Assembly: GCF_006345805.1 (NCBI RefSeq)
Contig: NC_043000.1
Location: 89,280,001-89,344,000 of the forward strand
DNA length: 64,000 bases
Reading direction: 5' to 3'
Origin: Octopus sinensis
Taxonomy: Eukaryota
Part shown: piece by piece, positions 1 through 64,000 of the stretch
Numbering within the stretch: position 1 is the first letter of the stretch
Layout of the letters: every line of letters starts with the position of its first letter
Notes under the pieces: model-generated
What the model was told of the DNA's origin: nothing
What the model saw: only the letters and a program-made list of their open reading frames with translations
The model's database searches: none
Program-made: the position numbers and the translations under genes

Positions 1-339
1 CATACAGTGATATTTGCTGCAGAAGGAGACAAGATTGGCATAGTCCCCATTGTAAGATGTTTTCTATTTACTGATAAGGAGTCAACTAGATTTTAGTGAG
101 ATGTGGTGAATAGATCAGGTTTTGGATGTGGAAAGTTTGGGTGAAATAAATGGTGATATAATCTCCGTAGGAGCGGGTATTGTTGGAAGTGAAAGTAAGT
201 AGGAATTTGCTCATAGCAAGAAGAATTACTATACACTCATCACATCTTACAGCCATACCAAAATATTTTTTAATAAATCTAGAAGATTTTCTTTCACCAC
301 ACACTTATCCAAAAGCTTCAGACAAACATTGGTCATAAC

Positions 340-1090
340 CATCATTACATACTGACAAGTAAACCGAATCATTTATCCTTCTCTAAAACAAATTATGTAA
401 CCAAGATTTCTAACTTCTATCCTCAAAATGCTCTACATTTCAAGATCTTTTCGAAAGGAGCCCTCTTCGTTTCCACAGAAGTCCATGTCCCTAACACTCA
501 ATGTTCTGATTTAGACATTAGTGTTAAAGGCTACTGGTTATTGTGGTTTTGTGGTTGAAATTATCTCTTCTCTAAAGGCTACTGGTCATTGTGGTTTTGT
601 GGTTGAAATTATCTCTTCTCTATTCTCAAAATAGCCATCACTGCCTCTCTCTGAATTTTCTTACACACAACCTGCATTATAATTTGCTTTTCTCCCCAAG
701 TTGTCCTCCTAAGTGACTTCAAATCACAATTTTTCTTGTCTCTATCTCATTATTTTCTCATCAGTATCGCAGATAAATCATTTCGTTTTGTGATCTGTCT
801 TAGCGTTATCCCTGACTGACAGTGTTTTTCTTCAAATACACTGAACCATTTTTTTCGACCCTATATTAACATTTAGGTAACAGTCAAAATTTCTGACTTC
901 TCTCGGTAATTTATATGATTACCGCCTAGCCTTTCCACTTCATCCTACTCTCGTCATTATGCCTCTACTTCTGGTATCCATACAGCAAATGTTCATCTTA
1001 CACATATCCACAGTAACTAACCAGATGATCATCAACTTAGGTACATACTTCCACATCATACAATCATAGTTCACAACCATGTCTTGAAGT
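340..1090 (+). mobile_element. Possible highly degraded Penelope-like RT N-terminal remnant
   Basis: Only weak peptide echoes (FSKGALFVST resembles LSKGLxFxPT; IADKSFRFVI resembles PADKGxAVVI), with many stops. Confidence 0.3.
525..620. repeat. 48-bp tandem duplication
   Basis: taaaggctactggt(t/c)attgtggttttgtggttgaaattatctcttctc twice, one mismatch. Confidence 0.95.
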
Positions 1091-1466
1091 CACGTTGAAC
1101 ATTACAGTACGTGATACAAAAAGTACAGAGTAGTCGTGGTTCGAATGCATTTGGTGATAGTTCTGCTCAATCACAGATGTTCTATAGAGGAGGGAACAGC
1201 AGCAAAAACATTAACAGTTATATATATTCATTTTCTACGTATATAGTGTCTACTTTATACTGCATGTATAGTCTTCATATGGTGTTGAGCTATGCTTCAT
1301 TAAGGGCAGTAGTTACAGCCAAGGAATATTCCTAGAAAGGGAATGATGTTTCTAAGATCACATTGCTATGAACTGTAGTCTAAGGTCACAATGTAATGCC
1401 CGTGTAGAGATACGAACCGTTGATTTCACAGATTGCAAACTGACATTGTCACAAGTGTGCTAGTAG

Positions 1467-1975
1467 CTTCTTCTTCTTCTTCTTCTTCTTCTTCTTCCAA
1501 TCAGGACTCCCGCCATTAGCCACAAAGAACAATCTTTAATTCGAGCCTACTCTAAGCTACTAAAAATGCTTGTGGCAACTTGAAGATTCACCCACCACAC
1601 GCGATAGACTGGTGGTTGCACGGGCGCGAAAGCTACGTTGTTATCCTTATTCCGTAAACGGTGGCTTTTAACGGGTGGAGAGCTGAACCATCCTGGGGTA
1701 CAGAGGATTCGCAATCTAGACTAGGGTGTGAAAGTTTACCACACCATAGTGGGTTACACCATGGTTCCTCTGCTTTGTGGCAGAAGTAGGAAGAAAGAGT
1801 GTGGTGAAAGAGTACAGCGGGGTTCACCACCACCCTCCGCCGGAGCGTCGTGGACCGGAGGTGTTTTTATTCAATAAACATTCACAATGTCCGGTCTGGG
1901 AATTGAAACTGCGTTTTTACGACTGCGAGTCCGCTGCCGTAACTACTGGACCATTGCGCCTCCACGCTAGTAGCT
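1467..1975 (-). mobile_element. tRNA-derived SINE family B head (about 1785-1975) with a divergent 3' body ending in a (GAA)n tail
   Basis: Reverse complement of the GGAGGCGCAATGG...GTTTCAATTCCCAGACC head shared with 23074 and 55521; (CTT)n at 1467-1497. Confidence 0.65.
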
Positions 1976-2475
1976 AGCTGTCCTCAGTGTTGTCATTATT
2001 ATTGGTGAAATTATGCAGAGATTTATCTCACTTGCTCCATATGCTGATTATTTCTGTTGAGTTTACTTTGACACCGATCTGTAACCGATTTAAATGAAAA
2101 TGATGTGCCAAAAACATGACACATTGTCCAAAAATTATGGTAATATAGGCAGTAACACGCCATAGTATGTTCAATCGGAAAACTTGGCCTTGTCAAGAAA
2201 GCAAAAGAAATCAATAGTATCTTACTCACTGTCCACAAGTTCTTGAACTTTACATTTATATTAACCGACGAAAGTTACTTACACTTGAAGCACTAACCTT
2301 AGATTTCACCATGAATGCAATTTAAAACAAAATCGACATTAAAATATGCGTCTTATGAAGTCAATCATTCTAAATACTACATTTACAGATGAACAAATAT
2401 TCAGCAGAGTATAAGGTTAAATTATGTCTAGACTAAAAACAATATTTATTATTCGCATAAAAAGCATTACCACAC

Positions 2476-58123
<55,648 letters not shown>

Positions 58124-59255
58124 CTGAAAAAAGAAGAAAAATGGAATATAAAATTATTTTTTAACATTATTCAAAATTGTTATTATTTTCCAACAATACT
58201 ACTAATTTCAAATCATTTCTATCAACTCAAAATGTGTTTCTAATTTAACTGTAAGCTATAGCTTTTCTTTTTTTTCTTCTTTAGATTTGTTAATGCTACA
58301 GCTTGCATTATGAACAAGATTAAAACCGGAAGGTGATGCATTATCATTGAAATTCGTAATTTCATTTCAGCAAAGTATGAAGGAAAAAAGAAACGGCAAT
58401 GTGAAATAAACTAAAATATATATTTAGAGTTTAGAATAACACATTTCAAGTGGATATATATTTGTATACTACATATGTAATATACATATGCATACATACA
58501 CTACGCTCATACATGTATACATACATACACACACATACACTCACGCACATACACATACACACACACACACCAAACACACGCACACATAAACATACCTATA
58601 TATAAAAACACATATGCATGTAAATATATGTGTAAACATATATATGTACATGACCTAGATATATGAAACACCTTTATATATCACAAGTACTGAAAGAAAA
58701 ATTACATTTAACTTTATTATGTTTTGTCTTCTCATTATTGAATTATCACTAACACACATGCACGCACACACACACACACACTCTCTCTTTCTCTCTCTCT
58801 CACACACACATACACAAACAGAGAGCAATCTTTGTATCGTACATAATATGGATGTATTTTGGAGTGCCATAATACTGTGGTATTCGCCTTGAGACGTCTT
58901 CGCATATAGACGTATAGTGCAAAGAATCACAGACATATCTCTAGCAGACGAGGGATCGTACAGCAACAGCGGTGGAACGGCTAGACATTGCGATTTCAGC
59001 GAATTTCATTTTTGAAGCCATGAAATCCTACGAACCCAATCATCCAGCCATAGATTTAATATTAATATGAAGTTGCAATCTATAAAAGTATCGGATATAT
59101 TATGAACGGTACCATGGAATTTTGGCTCTCCGTGTGAAATATAATTACAGCTATGAATCTAAACTGGATATGATTCCTTTGCATTTTCCCTTCCTTTCTT
59201 TTTCTCTCTTATTCTCTCTCTCTTCCCTCTCTGTCTCTCGGTCTCCCCTCTCTCT

Positions 59256-59295
<40 letters not shown>

Positions 59296-59478
59296 ATATA
59301 TATATATAATATATATATATATAATAAGATATATATATATATATACATACACAATGTATATATATATATATATACCAACACACAGTTTTTTAAATAATAG
59401 TGGAGTGGCAAAATAGAAGAAGAAGAAGAAGAAGAAGAAGAAGAAGAAGAAGAAGGAGAAGAGGAAGAAGAAGAAGAA

Positions 59479-59525
<47 letters not shown>

Positions 59526-59653
59526 AGAAGAAGAAGAAGAAGAAGAAGAAGAAAGAAGAAGAAGGATCGCCCCAAATGTGGGCGACTCGGGTGCGCTATT
59601 TCTAAGTGTGGGGTCTGCATTCGCGCTCACCCCGGAAAGCAAACAAAGAACAG

Positions 59654-59691
<38 letters not shown>

Positions 59692-60129
59692 CATCAGAAA
59701 GGCAGCGAGCAGGCAGAATCGTTAGCATACCGGGCTAAATGCTTAGTGGTATTTCACCAGTCTTTATGTTCTCACTTAAAATTCCGTCAAGGTTGACTTT
59801 GTCTTCCACCCTTTCGCTGTCGATAAATTAGGTACCAGTGAAACACTGGGGTTGATGTAATCGACTAGTCAACTCTCCCAAAATTTCAGACCGTGTGCTT
59901 TTCTTAGAAAGGATTGTTGCTATTATATTTCAGGCAGCGAACTGGTAGAATTGTTACTACGCCGGTAAAGATGCTTAGCGGCATTTAGTTTTTTAAGTTC
60001 AAATCCCACCGAAGCTAGCTTTGTCGTTCAACCTATCGGGGGTCGATAAAATAAGTACCAGTTGAATACTCGAGTCGATGCTATCCCCGAAATTGCTGGT
60101 CTTGTGGCAAAATTTGAATCCATTATTAT

Positions 60130-60590
60130 AATTTTTATTGTTTTTATTGTAGTCGTCGCACAGTATACAATATCGTGAGGTTGTTGATTGAAAATATTGT
60201 GTCTACCGGGGGTTTGTAATGTTTGTCAAGTCACAACAGGGACCTTAGACAGACAGTACTTTATACAATATGCGTGCACTTCCAAGTAATACCAACTTTT
60301 GCAATACATCTAGATTGTGGGGTATTTCTAAGGTTTTTAATTAAAAATTAATTTTTTCAGATTGGATGGTATTGAACCCATTGCTCCGATGACAATAGGG
60401 ATAACCTTTATGTTTGACTCTCGTAGCTACCACATCTTAGCGATCTCAATTCTCATGTCCCCATATTTATCAACCCTTTCTCTTTCTTTCATGATGATAT
60501 GTTGATCTCCTGGCACTGCTACGTCAACTATTAGGCACTCTTGTTTGTCCCTCCTAAAGGTTACTATATTCACCGTTTCTGACCATGAAA
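60130..60590 (-). mobile_element. R4/Dong-like 3' end (RLE domain plus 3' UTR)
   Basis: NIVTFRRDKQECLIVDVAVPGDQHIIMKERERVDKYGDMRIEIAKMW*...KVIPIVIGAMGSIP...LQKLVLLGSARILYKVLSV*, followed by an A/AAT-rich tail. Confidence 0.88.
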
Positions 60591-61382
60591 ACGATGAAGA
60601 GGAAACGTAAAGTGAGGAAGATATAGTTCGTGATGATGGAAATAGATATATAATTTCATATACAGGTGTGTGTATGTGTCTGTGTGCGCGTGTATGTGCG
60701 TGTGTGCGTGCATGCGTGCGCGCGTGTTGTTTTCCTTTCTAATTCTACTTCTTAATTTCCTCAATTCTGCATGCTTCATTCAGTGAAAATGATTATATTC
60801 ATGAATGAAATTCAGCATTTTGGTCAAACAACTTAACGAGTGCAATGAAGGACAATCGAAAATGGTTCTCATTTCTTATTTTACCATTTTAATTCTTGAC
60901 ACTTTTATCTTCATAATATAGTTGTTATGGCGGAAACTGATTTCAGATCACGTGGTGAAAATGTGGTTTCCTCTTCCGGACATAATTTCATTTCTATTCC
61001 ACTTAACGATTTGAGAGTGTGGTCTCATAGACCAAAGTTATTAGCATGTATCTCGAAATAACATTTTACCTTAGAAATATTTCAACAACCTAAAATATAA
61101 AAATATACTTATGTAAAAGTAAAGATTTGGAGCACTTTTATAACAATTCAGCTGTTATAAGCTAATTTTTGGTATCTATATGATGGACGATAGTTATGTC
61201 TAATCGAAAATAAATTACGATCAAATATAGAACTTAGAAAATGATTAAATATAGTTCTAAAGCGGGCATTAAACCGTACAACATTAACAACCCAAGTATG
61301 AATTATCTATAACACAGTATTATGTTGCATATTGTAGAACATTGGAATATGTATAAGAAAGTTTAGAGCCGTATTAACTTAG

Positions 61383-61430
<48 letters not shown>

Positions 61431-61779
61431 TATACACATACATGCCTACATATATTCATACATATACACATACTCATACATGCATGCATACATACGTACA
61501 TACATACATACATACATACATACATACATACATAAAGTGTATGTATTCCAAGTAAATGAACCACAGCGATTTTAATAAGTTGACTTCCTTGTGATTTGTA
61601 TTATTAATAGTCTATTAGTTGCCCGTTTTCTCAGATGCGTAAAGTAACAGATCATGAGAAGGGGGCAAGAGGGATGAAGGACAAATGTACAAAAGGCTAG
61701 TGTATAAAGAAAAGTGAATATCAAATCAATAATCACTCTATAAACGTTTATAACTTGTTATTATTAATAATCCTTTCTA

Positions 61780-62450
61780 TTAAAGGCAGAAGGCCTGAAA
61801 TTTGGGGGGAGGGGCCTAGTCGATTATATCGACCCCAGTGATTTACTGGTACTTAATTTAACGTCCTCGAAAAAATGAAAGCAAAATCAACGGACGAAAT
61901 GCTGCTAAATACTTTGCCCAGCATGCTAACCGTTCTACCAGCTCGTCACCGTTTTGTTACTATTAATAATATTTATTTCCTTATTGCCCACAGAGGGTTA
62001 AACATAGAAGGGACAAACAAGGACAGACAAAGGGTTTAAGTCGTTTACATCGACCCAAGGGCGTAACTGATACTTATTTAATCGACCCCGAAATGATGAA
62101 AGGCCAAGTCGACCTCGGCGGAATTTGAATTCAGAACGTAACGGCAGACGAAAGACTGCTAAGCATTCCGCCCGGCGTGCTAACGATTCTGCCAGCTCGC
62201 CGTCCTATTGTTAATAACCATTGATGATTACTGACTTACTATTTAATAGTCCTTTCTACTATAGGTACAAAGCCCGAACTTTTTGGTTGGGGGTGGCTAG
62301 TCCATTACATCGACCCCAGTGCTCAACTGGTTACTTACTTTATTGACCCCGAGAGGATGAAAGTCAAAGTCGACTTCGGTAGAATGTGAAATGAGAAAGA
62401 CGGCGAAATGCTACTAAGCATTTAATCCGGCGCGCTAACTATTCTTCACT
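61780..62450 (-). mobile_element. Three SINE family A copies in tandem
   Basis: gtcgacctcggcggaatttgaattcagaacg...gctaacgattctgccagctcgcc repeated. Confidence 0.8.
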
Positions 62451-62833
62451 TCAGTGTCTCGTTGTAAATATTGATAGTAATTTATGATAACTCTTAATAA
62501 CTGTATGAATAATAATACTATCATTAAAAGGATACTGTTAATAAATCATAAATAATAAAGTATTTTTTCATAATAATTTGTTGTTATTGATAATATAAAG
62601 CACGATTGCTTTATTCAGGAGTTCGCTTTGAAATCACGTGGTTTCAGGTTCAGTCCCACTGAGTGGACTGTTGGAAGAACTGGCTCGAAGACATGCAAAT
62701 GAGCGTAGAAAGTTGCAGATTGTGCTATTAAATGGGATTGCGGATTGAGTTTAGGACCTAAGTTGGTCATGGCACTATTTGAACACATATATACATATAC
62801 ACATTTATATATATATCTACGCACACACATACA

Positions 62834-62899
<66 letters not shown>

Positions 62900-62911
62900 T
62901 ATATATATATA

Positions 62912-63848
62912 TAACCCACGCTGGTGGAAAGGGGAGAGCAGAAATTCTTCGCTTGCATATTCGAATTTGATAGCACTTTTAGTTCGAGCAGAATTCTAGA
63001 GGTGATTAGAAGCCGAAAGGGTATGCTCCCGACTTTCAGTGTTCCCAATCCGATTCAAGGAATTCTGAGCTGAAGAAAGAAATGTCGAATTGACTAATCT
63101 AGAAACGTACGTTCTCAAATAACTTTGCACTTGATTTTTTAATGTTTTTTCCCCCATACTTTTGTGAGTTAGTTTAGGCAAACACTATCTGAGAGAGATC
63201 TTCTTTAAGTATTAGAAATAGCTGAAGAAATTTCTTTAGCTGCTATTTCTAATGAGTTCAGTATGTGGCAAAGTATTTATTTTACTAAGCCCTTATATAT
63301 ATGTAATATTTTGAATTCGCCTATAATGGTCCCTTTACATACTGAATACTTGGTGAAATTGATTAATAATTAATTAATTTTACCCTCAATTGTTGAAATT
63401 ATAATTCATCTTTCTCTGCTAAATACTGCGGTTTTCACCGTTAATACATGGTGTTTGTCAATTTTAACCCACGCTGGTGGAAAGGGGAGAGCAGAAATTC
63501 TCGCGCTTGCATATTCGAATTTGATAGCACTTTTAGTTCGAGCAGAATTCTAGAGGTGATTAGAAGCCGAAAGGGTATGCTCCCGCTTTCAGTGTTCCCA
63601 AATCCGATTCAAGGAATTCTGAGCTGAAGAAAGAAATGTCGAATTGACTAATCTAGAAACGTACGTTCTCAAATAACCTTTGCACTTGATTTTTTAATGT
63701 TTTTTCCCCCATACTTTTGTGAGTTAGTTTAGGCAAACACTATCTGAGAGAGATCTTATTAAGTATAGAAAAATAGATGAAGAAATTTCTTTAGCTGCTA
63801 TTTCTAATGAGTTCAGTATGTGGCAAGTAATTTATTTTACTAAGCCCT

Positions 63849-63855
<7 letters not shown>
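62912..63855. repeat. About 390-bp direct duplication (62912-63300 and 63465-63855)
   Basis: Both copies start taacccacgctggtggaaaggggagagc and end actaagcccttatatat; differences are mostly 1-bp indels. Confidence 0.95.
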
Positions 63856-63887
<32 letters not shown>

Positions 63888-64000
63888 TGTAGTAGATTTG
63901 TGACTGCTCGGTGGCACAGAAGTATTTTTTGACTTCTATTTTTATCGATGTAGGTTCTCATGTAGTGCCCTTGTGTATATATGTACATATCTAATATTGT

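Noticed and set aside
1380-1455. AICEINGSYLYTGITL, resembling the start of a fourth VWC repeat
   Set aside because: It stops where the conserved Trp should be, has no CxC afterwards and is in the wrong phase; judged a chance match.
2023-2300. Cys-containing ORF 2023-2238 and a gtgagt donor near 2225 as the next exon after 2476
   Set aside because: No domain-like cysteine spacing and no acceptor/donor pair giving a compatible open frame.
58828-59040. ORF 58655-58966 (MSVILCTIRLYAKTSQG...) as the first or signal-peptide exon
   Set aside because: No clear hydrophobic signal core, a weak donor (gtacga), and the ORF runs into CA repeats.
63040-63085. Good minus-strand acceptor (ttctttcttcag) in the duplicated block
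   Set aside because: All three frames stop within about 80 nt and there is no suitable donor; it cannot be supported as a coding exon.

Overview
AT-rich, microsatellite-dense eukaryotic DNA. The SINE, Penelope and mariner content suggests an octopus or other cephalopod genome; this is an inference from recognising repeat families and was not verified. The main content is one spliced protein-coding gene on the minus strand, which the six-frame ORF track largely misses. I read 11 GT-AG exons between 58123 and 2476 (1083 nt, 361 codons) that join in frame without stops. They encode a 27-nt microexon linker, two ShKT-like six-cysteine domains (one exon each), a 24-nt microexon, and three 10-cysteine VWC-like repeats (each split over two exons), with another 24-nt microexon before the third repeat. 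I did not find the start or stop codons, so the gene probably extends beyond one or both window ends. The introns hold degenerate transposons: five or six R4/Dong-like RLE non-LTR fragments, a Penelope element, three mariner relics, Helitron-like non-autonomous elements, a Tigger-like MITE, four tRNA-derived SINE families, several foldback palindromes and many microsatellites. Almost all listed ORFs outside TE fragments are microsatellite artefacts. No rRNA, true tRNA or CRISPR array was seen.
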